From positions 21,469 through 53,468 of the forward strand of contig URJJ01000012.1 of the NCBI GenBank assembly GCA_900548185.1: a DNA stretch of 32,000 bases, in the 5' to 3' direction. This stretch comes from an uncultured Opitutales bacterium. Its GTDB lineage: Bacteria; Verrucomicrobiota; Verrucomicrobiia; Opitutales; Intestinicryptomonadaceae. The stretch's first letter is position 1. Every line of letters starts with the position of its first letter. The position numbers and the translations under genes were made by a program. The notes below the pieces were generated by a model, which was given only the letters and a program-made list of their open reading frames with translations, had not been told where the DNA came from and searched no databases. Shown here one piece after another: positions 25,486 to 32,000 of this stretch.

Positions 25486-26689
25486 AGTTTCGATAAGGGT
25501 TCTGGGAATCGGCGGGGCGGGCGTAAACTGCGCAGAAATGGCGGCGGCCGCCGTGCCCGGAATAGAGGTATTTGCAATAGACACAGACGGCGCCGCGCTG
25601 GAAAGCGCAAAGTCGTGCGAAAAAATTCTCATAGGTGCCTCCGTCACCCGGAGGATGAGCGCAGGGGGCGACGCCTCCCTGGGGTCGAGGGCGGTCCAGG
25701 CCGACATCGACGCGGTAAAAAGCGCCGTGGCGGGGGCGGATCTGGTTATAATACTGGCCGGGCTCGGCGGCGGAACCGGCTCGGCGGCCTCAATAGCCGC
25801 CGCCGAAGCCGCGCGCGACGCCGGCGCGAAGGTGGTCGCATTCTGCGCCACCCCGTTTGCCTTTGAGGGCGCCTCACGCACCGGCCTGGCCGGGCGGGCC
25901 ATGGCCGCAATGGCCGACGTGTGCGACGCTGCGGTGGAGCTTCCCAACGACGCGATGTCGGAGGCCCACGCGGGCATTCCGGCGCGCGAGGCGTTTGCTG
26001 CCATGAACGCCTGCGCGGTATCGTCGGCTGCGTCGCTTGCCGCAATGCTAATGAAAACCGGGCTGATAAACGCGGATTTTGCCGCGCTTAAAAACATGCT
26101 TTCATCCCCCAAAAAAAGGCGCGCAGCCTTCGCATTCGGGCGCGGGGAGGGGCCGGATCCGGTTACGCCCGCGCTCGCGGCATTCTCGAAATTTCCGGGG
26201 AGAAAGTCCGCTTTCTGCGCGAAAAAGGCCGACAGGCTCGTCGCCTGCGTCCGCTTCGGAGAGGACCTCCCGATGGAGGAGCTAAAGCGCGCCCTGATAT
26301 CGGCCGCCGCCGAATTCTGCGACCACGAAAACGTGATATTTGCCGCCTGCCCGGAAGCTTCCATGAACGGGCGCGTCGAAATAAGCGCCATCGGGGTCGA
26401 ATTTCTTGAAGAGCCTGACGCCCCCCGGCAGGCCGCCGGAACGGGAATCCTGGAGCTTCCCGCAAAGGAGGCCGAACGCGAGCAGGCCAGGCCCCAGCCG
26501 GCCCGGGCGCGCGCGAGGATTGCCAGGGCCGCAGCCGCAAACGAATCCCAGAGCGAGTTTGAATTTGTGGAAACGGACCTCAAGCGCGGATTCTTCGAGG
26601 GGACGCCCCCCAACCCCTACGGCAAGGAGGATTTGGATGTTCCGACCTTCATGAGAAGGGGCATAAAAATCATCCTTAAAAAGGTCTGA
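25472..26689 (+). CDS. ftsZ: Divergent cell division GTPase FtsZ, 405 aa
   Basis: GAGGAGG lies 4 nt upstream of ATG 25472. The N-terminus IRVLGIGGAGVN is FtsZ-like, and the tubulin signature GLGGGTGSA, PFAFEG, LPND and a T7-like GLINADFAAL are present. The C-terminal conserved peptide is DLDVPTFMRRG. It is the last gene of the dcw cluster. Confidence 0.88.
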   Translation: MASPEVSIRVLGIGGAGVNCAEMAAAAVPGIEVFAIDTDGAALESAKSCEKILIGASVTRRMSAGGDASLGSRAVQADIDAVKSAVAGADLVIILAGLGGGTGSAASIAAAEAARDAGAKVVAFCATPFAFEGASRTGLAGRAMAAMADVCDAAVELPNDAMSEAHAGIPAREAFAAMNACAVSSAASLAAMLMKTGLINADFAALKNMLSSPKKRRAAFAFGRGEGPDPVTPALAAFSKFPGRKSAFCAKKADRLVACVRFGEDLPMEELKRALISAAAEFCDHENVIFAACPEASMNGRVEISAIGVEFLEEPDAPRQAAGTGILELPAKEAEREQARPQPARARARIARAAAANESQSEFEFVETDLKRGFFEGTPPNPYGKEDLDVPTFMRRGIKIILKKV

Positions 26690-26696
26690 CAAAGCG

Positions 26697-26727
26697 AAAA
26701 ATCCCGGGGAAAAACCGGGATTTTTTT
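26697..26727. terminator. Bidirectional rho-independent terminator between the convergent ftsZ and minus-strand operon
   Basis: The stem pairs AAAAATCCCGG (26697-26707) with CCGGGATTTTT (26715-26725) around a 7-nt loop. T7 follows on the + strand and the complementary T5 on the - strand. It begins 8 nt after the ftsZ stop. Confidence 0.75.
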
Positions 26728-26890
26728 ACGGGATTTCGCCGGCCTGAATGCGAGGGCCAAACAGGCGCGCCCCGGCGGAGGACACGGCAGGCCGCCCAAA
26801 TGGCAAAACCGCGCTCCAGAAATCCGGCCCCGCATCCGGGCCCCCGCCGCGGCCCCTTTCCCCCGGCGCCATTCTGAAGCGCGCAGCAGG

Positions 26891-27445
26891 TCAGACGATT
26901 GCGTCGAAGCTTGCGATTGCAATCATCATGAATATGATGAAAGCCTTTGCCACCACCGTCATGAAAGTCCCAACAAAAGCGCCCTTCCCGCTCTCCCACG
27001 CCCTCACGAAATCGGCATTGCCGTGGTATTCAAAGGCGAAGGCGAAGGCCAGGGGCGAAAGGAATATTGCAAAGACGGCAAACGGCGGGAATACCATTGC
27101 AAGCACGGCCCCGGCCATGACCCCGACAAACGCCCCCCAGGCCCCGCGTTTCGTCGGGGTGTATTTTATGGGAAGCCACCAGTCGAGAACCTGGGCGAAC
27201 GCCGCAAGCGCAAGGCATATGGCAAGGCACGCGTAGGATATTCCCGGGGCTATCGTAAATTTCCACGCCACAACCCCGAGAAACGCCAGGGACGGCCCCG
27301 GTATTACGGGGATTACGCACCCTACTATCGACACCAGAAAAAGCGCCACGAGCGACAGGAACACGAGCATGTACACAGAAAAGCTGTACACCGCCCCCGA
27401 GGAGTCGTATATCCCCCTCCAAATGCTTTCAATCCAATCCATCAT
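26891..27445 (-). CDS. DUF456-like polytopic membrane protein, 184 aa
   Basis: Four to five hydrophobic segments are present. The segment VSIVGCVIPVIPGPSLAFLGVVAW resembles the G..P..PG signature I recall for DUF456. Its start overlaps the upstream gene's stop (ATGA, 27442-27445). G/C third positions are coding-like. Confidence 0.7.
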   Translation of the reverse strand: MMDWIESIWRGIYDSSGAVYSFSVYMLVFLSLVALFLVSIVGCVIPVIPGPSLAFLGVVAWKFTIAPGISYACLAICLALAAFAQVLDWWLPIKYTPTKRGAWGAFVGVMAGAVLAMVFPPFAVFAIFLSPLAFAFAFEYHGNADFVRAWESGKGAFVGTFMTVVAKAFIIFMMIAIASFDAIV

Positions 27446-28026
27446 TTCAATACCGCGCCCCTCCGGGCCCTGAAAATTTTCGACACAACCTTAAAAACCA
27501 CAAACGCCAGCGCAAGCAAAACGGCGGCCGCCAGCACTGGCGCAAAAACCGCCATAAGCGACACAGCCGCAGAAAACACGGTTTCAGCCGCAGAAAATAA
27601 AGGATTCGCAAGCCCTCCCCCCGCCGCCGCAGTCCCGGCCCGGGCGGAGGCCGCAGAAAACTTGGCAAGTCCCGCCGCGCCGCCGCCTGCCACAGCGCTC
27701 AGCGTCCAGTAGAGCGCGGGGTCCGCGTCGGGAATCACCGCAGCCGAAAGGGCGATTCCCGCAGCGATTGCCAGGGGCGCAGACGCAGCATCCAGCAGGT
27801 GGTCCAGATACGGCACCATGTAGCCCGCGCACTCGGCGGCCATGGCCGCAAGCAGCATGGCAAACGCCGCATCGGAGGCGAGAAAGGCGAAGTTTTCATT
27901 CAGGCTCAACACGCCCGCCTTCGCGGCGGCCGACAGCGCAAAAAGCGGCATGAAAACCCTGAGGCCCGCAACCGACGCAAGCGACGCGCCAGCCAGCGCG
28001 CACAACGCAAAATGCCACGCGTCCAT
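27442..28026 (-). CDS. DUF4126-like membrane protein, 194 aa
   Basis: The protein is Ala/Gly/Leu-rich and polytopic. GLRVFMPLFALSAAAKAG and E.AGYMVPYLDHLLDA....PLAIAAG resemble the DUF4126 pattern (GLRAF.PL... / ADKIP.VDH.LD). The start codon directly abuts the upstream stop (28026/28027). Confidence 0.7.
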   Translation of the reverse strand: MDAWHFALCALAGASLASVAGLRVFMPLFALSAAAKAGVLSLNENFAFLASDAAFAMLLAAMAAECAGYMVPYLDHLLDAASAPLAIAAGIALSAAVIPDADPALYWTLSAVAGGGAAGLAKFSAASARAGTAAAGGGLANPLFSAAETVFSAAVSLMAVFAPVLAAAVLLALAFVVFKVVSKIFRARRGAVLK

Positions 28027-28308
28027 CTACCTGCGCCCCCCCTTTTTTAGAATGTCTGAAACAAACGGGATTTCTATCCCCAAATAGGACAGGGAGCCGA
28101 CAAGAAGCATCGTAAAAAACGCCTCGTCAACATTTCCGACAATCGGGAGGTTGTCGGGTATCTCTATAAAGCCGCCCGAAAGGTTCAGGAGCCAAAGCGC
28201 TGAAAAGCACGCGCAAAGCGCGGCAAAAGCCGTCCCGGTGCACCCCCTGCGCCCGGAGCCTCCGTCCCCGTCGGGGCCGCGCCGCAGACACCTTCCGCTA
28301 CCTCCCAT
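28027..28308 (-). CDS. DUF1232 (YkvA)-like small membrane protein, 93 aa
   Basis: The ORF-track frame is 28027..28644, but only the distal part is protein-like. ATG 28308 gives MGGSG...ALCACFSALWLLNLSGGFIEIPDNLPIVGNVDEAFF..., matching the recalled DUF1232 core (..IPD.IP.IG..DD). It overlaps the upstream gene's end by 11 nt. Confidence 0.55.
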   Translation of the reverse strand: MGGSGRCLRRGPDGDGGSGRRGCTGTAFAALCACFSALWLLNLSGGFIEIPDNLPIVGNVDEAFFTMLLVGSLSYLGIEIPFVSDILKKGGRR

Positions 28309-29089
28309 CGCGCGCAGCCTCCCCTGCGGATCCGGAGGCGGGAATCCAGTTGAATTTGAACACGCACCCGGCGCCCGCATCCACGCCGTTTTCCGCGAGC
28401 CTGCGGGCGACGAACCCCTTAACGCTCTCCTCGGCGAGCCTGCGGGCCAAAACCTTTCTGGCACCGCCCGCCCCCTCCTCGCGGTAGCGGTCGGAAATGC
28501 GCGCGACGAGCCTGCGGCGCAAGTCTTCGGCAGTGGATTCAAAGCGCACGAACGCCGAGTTTTCCGAAACGATGTCGAGCCTCGATATGTCAACCACGGC
28601 GGCCGAGTCGTCAAACTCCACGTCAGGCAGCGAGACCTCCGCAATTTCCACCCTTCCGCCCGAATCAGAAGCGTAAGAGGAGTAGCGGACGCTCCAGCGC
28701 GGGTCGTTCAGGGGGACGAAATAGTTGTAGTAGGCCGGAAGCGGATTCAGGCGGAACACGAGGTCGGTCATGTAGGGGCGTTCGAGGACGTATGTGTCGG
28801 AAAGCTCCCCGCGTATCGTTGCGACGACCCACCTGTCCTCGGGCGATGCGGAAGATATGCTGGAGGAGGTCAGGTGGACGTTCACGTTTTTGAACTCGAT
28901 TCTGGGAACGCCCGAGCCTTTGAAAAGCAGATAAGAAAGGGCCGCCGAGAGCGCCAAAAGTGCGGCCAAAACGAGCGTGCATGAAAAGCAGCACCCGAAG
29001 CGCGCGCGGCCCCCCTCCCGCCCGCAGGAAACGCCGGCGGAGGGCTCCAAGGCGCCGGAGGGCGCCCCGCCTGCCTCAGGCTCAGTCAT
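28298..29089 (-). CDS. Hypothetical single-pass membrane-anchored protein, 263 aa
   Basis: A short cytoplasmic N-terminus and a TM segment (TLVLAALLALSAALSYLLF) are followed by a beta-rich region and then a helical Arg/Glu-rich extracytoplasmic region. G/C third positions are high, and the opposite-strand ORF (28151..28984) is Arg/Gly/Pro-rich junk. The start overlaps the upstream gene's stop (29082-29089). No family recognised. Confidence 0.6.
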   Translation of the reverse strand: MTEPEAGGAPSGALEPSAGVSCGREGGRARFGCCFSCTLVLAALLALSAALSYLLFKGSGVPRIEFKNVNVHLTSSSISSASPEDRWVVATIRGELSDTYVLERPYMTDLVFRLNPLPAYYNYFVPLNDPRWSVRYSSYASDSGGRVEIAEVSLPDVEFDDSAAVVDISRLDIVSENSAFVRFESTAEDLRRRLVARISDRYREEGAGGARKVLARRLAEESVKGFVARRLAENGVDAGAGCVFKFNWIPASGSAGEAARDGR

Positions 29090-29300
29090 CCTTTGCAGGA
29101 TTGAAAAGCGCCGCGTTCAATATCGCCCATATGTGCATGACAACCGCCACAGGCCACGTAAAAACCAGCCCGTACAGCACCGCGCACCCTATGAAGAAAA
29201 ACGCCGCCCAAAAAAACCTGCCCTGTATGAGCTGGCCCAGCCCCGGCAGGAAAAAACTCGCGAGGGCCGATATGACATTTCCGCTGCTGCCTTGTCCCAT
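29082..29300 (-). CDS. Hypothetical small two-TM membrane protein with an FLPGLGQ motif, 72 aa
   Basis: The N-terminal sequence is MGQGSSGNVISALASFFLPGLGQLIQGRFFWAAFFFIG... Two hydrophobic helices are present. It is the first gene of the coupled minus-strand operon, downstream of promoter-like hexamers. Confidence 0.5.
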   Translation of the reverse strand: MGQGSSGNVISALASFFLPGLGQLIQGRFFWAAFFFIGCAVLYGLVFTWPVAVVMHIWAILNAALFNPAKDD

Positions 29301-29419
29301 AATAAAAACACTTTCATACTTTCAGGCGCGGCAGGCAAACAAAATCCTGCCGCCCGGCGCCGCGCGCCATTCACAAGCCGCGCGCCCGCAAAACCGCAAA
29401 AGAAAAGCCGCGCACATGC

Positions 29420-29448
29420 ATATTATTATGACACCGGCTTCGCCGCAA
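29420..29448 (-). promoter_or_regulatory. Candidate sigma70-type promoter of the five-gene membrane operon
   Basis: On the minus strand: TTGCGG (29448-29443), a 17-nt spacer, then TAATAT (29425-29420). It is followed by a leader of ~110 nt containing an 8-bp GC hairpin (29328-29353). Confidence 0.35.
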
Positions 29449-29454
29449 AGTTTT

Positions 29455-29476
29455 AAAAAAACGCCGCAAACCGGCG
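29455..29476 (-). terminator. Weak intrinsic terminator after yifB/comM
   Basis: On the minus strand: CGCCG-GTTTG-CGGCG (29476-29462) followed by T7 (29461-29455), starting 3 nt after the stop. The stem is only 5 bp. Confidence 0.35.
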
Positions 29477-29478
29477 CA

Positions 29479-31008
29479 TCAGCGCCTGTCGAGCGAGCGG
29501 TAGTTTATCGCCTCAAGCAGGTGCCGGGAGTCTATTCTTTCCGAAGAATCCAAGTCCGCAATCGTGCGCGACACCTTTATTATGCGGTCCCATGCGCGCG
29601 CGGAAAGATTCAGCTCCTCCATGGCGGAAGCCAGCATCCTGAGCTGCGAAGCGTCCAGCGCGCAGTACTTTTTTACCTGCGACGAGCCCATCGACGCGTT
29701 GTCGCGGACAGGCCCCCCGGCGAACCTGGCCCTCTGGATTTCCCGGGCTGCCACTATGCGCGAACGCATGGCAGACGACGGCTCGCCCTGCGAGGACCCG
29801 CCGATTTCGTCCAGACCGATTGCGGGGGCTTCCACGTGGATGTCAATCCTGTCGAGAAGGGGCCCCGATATTTTGGAGCGGTAGCGCTGTATTTGAAGCG
29901 GGGTGCAGCGGCATTTGCCTCGGGGGTCGCCGTGGTAGCCGCACGGGCAGGGATTCATCGCGGCAACCAGCATGAAGCGGCACGGCATCGTAACCTTTCC
30001 GGCGGAGCGCGAAATGCTCACCGAGCCGTCCTCCAGCGGCTGGCGCATAACTTCAAGGGCGCTGCGCTTGAATTCCGGAAGCTCGTCCAGAAAGAGCACG
30101 CCGTTGTGGGCCAGCGATATTTCTCCCGGGCGCGGAATGCTCCCGCCGCCGATGAGGCCGACGTCGCTTATGGTGTGGTGGGGCGAGCGGAACGGGCGGC
30201 GGAAGCACCTGTTTTCGCCCTGCCTTGAAAGTCCGGCCGCCGAATATATGCCAAGCACCTCCAGAAATTCCTCGAGCGAAGGCAGGGGCATAATCGACGG
30301 AATCCGCTTTGCTATCATGCTCTTGCCGGAGCCGGGAGGCCCCACCATAAGAAGGTTGTGGCCGCCCGCCACGGCGACTTCAACGGCGCGCCGAACCTGG
30401 AACTGCCCCTTCACATCCGCGAAATCGGGCATGAAGTCCCCGTCGCCCCTGCGCGAGTACGGGGAATCCGAAAGCTTCAGGGGGGCGATGTCGGACTTTG
30501 AATTAAGAAAGTCCGCAACTTGCGCGAGCGAGTCGGCCGCGATTACGTCCACGCCGTCCACGAGGGCGGCCTCCGCCGCAGAGTCTGCGGGCAAAATCAC
30601 GCCGCGCATCCCGCTTTTTCTGGCAAGCAGCGCAAGCGACACGCCGCCGCACACGCCCCTCAGGCTGCCGGAAAGCCCGAGTTCGCCCGCAATCACGTAC
30701 ATGCCGAGCTTCTCAGGCGAAATCCTGCCTGTAGAGGCGAGCAGTCCAACCGCGATTGGAAGGTCGTACATTGGCCCCTCCTTACGGATGTCGCCGGGGG
30801 CGAGGTTTATTGTGGTGCGGGTGTGCGGCATTGCAAAACCGCTGTTTGCAAGCGCGCTTGTCACCCGGTCCTCGGACTCCTTTACGGCGGCGTCGGGAAG
30901 GCCGACCATAAACACCCTCGGCTCACCGCGCTCGCCGGAATTCACCTCCACTTCGACCGCGACGGCCTCGACCCCGACCAGGGCCCCAGAATGAGTTTTG
31001 GAAAGCAT
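29479..31008 (-). CDS. yifB: YifB/ComM-family Mg-chelatase-like AAA+ ATPase, 509 aa
   Basis: It has a Lon-protease-like N-terminal domain ([15 protein letters not shown]...[18 protein letters not shown]), a Walker A motif GPPGSGKS, a Walker B-like segment [11 protein letters not shown], and the family's typical C-terminal helix region. Confidence 0.9.
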   Translation of the reverse strand: MLSKTHSGALVGVEAVAVEVEVNSGERGEPRVFMVGLPDAAVKESEDRVTSALANSGFAMPHTRTTINLAPGDIRKEGPMYDLPIAVGLLASTGRISPEKLGMYVIAGELGLSGSLRGVCGGVSLALLARKSGMRGVILPADSAAEAALVDGVDVIAADSLAQVADFLNSKSDIAPLKLSDSPYSRRGDGDFMPDFADVKGQFQVRRAVEVAVAGGHNLLMVGPPGSGKSMIAKRIPSIMPLPSLEEFLEVLGIYSAAGLSRQGENRCFRRPFRSPHHTISDVGLIGGGSIPRPGEISLAHNGVLFLDELPEFKRSALEVMRQPLEDGSVSISRSAGKVTMPCRFMLVAAMNPCPCGYHGDPRGKCRCTPLQIQRYRSKISGPLLDRIDIHVEAPAIGLDEIGGSSQGEPSSAMRSRIVAAREIQRARFAGGPVRDNASMGSSQVKKYCALDASQLRMLASAMEELNLSARAWDRIIKVSRTIADLDSSERIDSRHLLEAINYRSLDRR

Positions 31009-31044
31009 TTCAGCGCCCCGGAGTGCGTCAGGAAATATGCGGCG

Positions 31045-31398
31045 TCAGTCCAGGCGGACCTCGGAGGCGTCCTTCCAGAGGGCTTCAAGCTTGTAGGCCC
31101 CGCGCTGTTCGGCGAGGAATATGTGGGCCATAAAGTCGAAAGCGTCCACGACAATCCATCCGCTCCCGGGGGCATAGTCGCGGCCCACGGAATCCACCCC
31201 AAGCTCCTTGAGGGCCGAATCGAGCGCGCCGGCGAGGGCCTTCATATGGGGTTCCGAGTTTGCCGTGGCCAGGATGAAGTAGTTTGTTATCGGGGACTTG
31301 CCCCTGACGTCCAGCACCTTCAGATCCATGGCCTTCTTGTCGTCGAGCGCGTCGCGGCAGGCCTTCAAAATTTGCAATGTTTTTTCGTCGTCTTGCAT
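31045..31398 (-). CDS. rsfS: Ribosome silencing factor RsfS (iojap-like), 117 aa
   Basis: The sequence is DDKKAMDLKVLDVRGKSPITNYFILATANSEPHMKAL...GWIVVDAFDFMAHIF..E.R..Y.LE.LW. It has the conserved pairing downstream of nadD. Confidence 0.9.
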   Translation of the reverse strand: MQDDEKTLQILKACRDALDDKKAMDLKVLDVRGKSPITNYFILATANSEPHMKALAGALDSALKELGVDSVGRDYAPGSGWIVVDAFDFMAHIFLAEQRGAYKLEALWKDASEVRLD

Positions 31399-31406
31399 GT
31401 TTATTT

Positions 31407-32000
31407 TTATTCGGAAGCGTAGAGTTTATGTTCCTTTATGTATTTTAAAACGCTCCCGTCAATAAAATCAGAACCGGCATCCCCCCTTTCGAGCGCGGCG
31501 CGGAGACCCGACGAAGAGGCCGGGCTTTCCGCAAACTCCACGCGCTCCACGACCGCGTGGGCGGGCACGTCCCTCGGGACGGCGAACGGATAGCCCGGGC
31601 GGGACGCGCAGGCAAAGCGCACGAGGCGCGCAAGGGCCGAAATGTCGCGCCACAGGCCCAGGTTCAGAAGCTGGTCGGAGCCGATTATCCAATAGAGCAC
31701 ATCCCCCGGAAAGCGCGAGGCCAGCTCGCGCGCCGTGTCAACGGAATAGCTCTCCCCCCCCCTGTCCCGCTCTACATCCAGTATCTCCCGGGGATGCGGG
31801 AAGGATTCGAGGGCGAGCTCCAGCATCGCGCGCCTGTCCGCATACGAGGCCGAATGCGGGGCGGGCTTCAGCGGGGATGCGAATGCGGGTATGAAAAACA
31901 CGCGGTCGAGCCCGAGAGACTCCGCCGCTGCCCGCGCAAGGGCGATATGGGTTTTGTGGGGCGGGTCGAAGCTCCCGCCCATGATGCCTGTCTTTTTCAT
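31407..32000 (-). CDS. nadD: Nicotinate-nucleotide adenylyltransferase NadD, 197 aa (start codon at the very right edge)
   Basis: GIMGGSFDPPHKTH matches the nucleotidyltransferase (H/T)xGH-type motif and a C-terminal ..SS..R motif region is present. The ATG complement lies at 31998-32000, so the CDS just fits the window. An upstream start outside the window cannot be excluded. Confidence 0.85.
   Translation of the reverse strand: MKKTGIMGGSFDPPHKTHIALARAAAESLGLDRVFFIPAFASPLKPAPHSASYADRRAMLELALESFPHPREILDVERDRGGESYSVDTARELASRFPGDVLYWIIGSDQLLNLGLWRDISALARLVRFACASRPGYPFAVPRDVPAHAVVERVEFAESPASSSGLRAALERGDAGSDFIDGSVLKYIKEHKLYASE

Noticed and set aside
28309-28644. The upstream 112 codons of the 205-aa ORF-track frame 28027-28644.
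   Set aside because: This part is Arg/Ser/Pro-rich and lies entirely inside the better-supported 263-aa gene in another frame. Only the distal 93 codons (from ATG 28308) look like a real DUF1232-like protein.
28151-31422. Plus-strand ORFs 28151-28984, 28960-30228, 29972-30994 and 30520-31422 opposite the minus-strand genes.
   Set aside because: Their composition is junk-like (Arg/Pro/Ala/Gly). The minus-strand frames encode YifB/ComM with Walker motifs, RsfS, and membrane proteins with coherent TM helices and G/C-rich third positions.
1-32000. Search for mobile elements, CRISPR arrays, prophage or defence-system genes, and flanking inverted repeats around the LysM gene or the membrane operon.
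   Set aside because: No transposase, integrase or recombinase-like ORFs were seen. There are no regularly spaced direct repeats and no long terminal inverted or direct repeats. The composition of the LysM gene and the membrane operon looks like that of the surrounding genes, so there is no evidence of recent horizontal insertion.

Overview
High-GC bacterial chromosomal window; all calls come from reading the sequence and the ORF track, with no database search. The layout has four parts. (1) Two separately transcribed secreted glycoside hydrolases sit on the + strand: a GH92-like alpha-mannosidase (720-2954) and a GH2 enzyme with a C-terminal malectin-like module (3285-6581). Each has its own promoter-like hexamers, and the GH2 gene has a clear intrinsic terminator. 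(2) A 1.7 kb spacer with no credible ORF follows (6582-8317). It contains an orphan strong terminator, an AT-rich island with a palindrome, and phased TGGGN repeats just upstream of mraZ. (3) A complete, mostly translationally coupled division/cell-wall (dcw) cluster runs on the + strand from 8318 to 26689: mraZ-rsmH-ftsL-ftsI-murE-murF-mraY-murD-[LysM protein]-ftsW-murG-murC-ddl-ftsQ-ftsA-ftsZ. (4) Convergent minus-strand genes are nadD-rsfS-yifB/comM (32000-29479), followed by a tightly coupled five-gene operon of small uncharacterised membrane proteins (29300-26891). I found no rRNA, tRNA, CRISPR array, transposase, integrase or phage genes, so most of the window is ordinary core genome. 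The items most worth a second look are listed here. First, the five-gene DUF-type membrane operon. Second, a divergent FtsZ whose T7-loop catalytic Asp position reads Ala. Third, a three-LysM putative lipoprotein inserted between murD and ftsW. Fourth, an acidic disordered tail of about 60 aa on MurF. Fifth, a putative MraZ operator of 4-5 phased repeats. Sixth, the ORF-free spacer with a possible small RNA. Taxonomy cannot be determined here; a divergent FtsZ alongside glycan-degrading enzymes is reminiscent of PVC-group bacteria, but that is only an impression.
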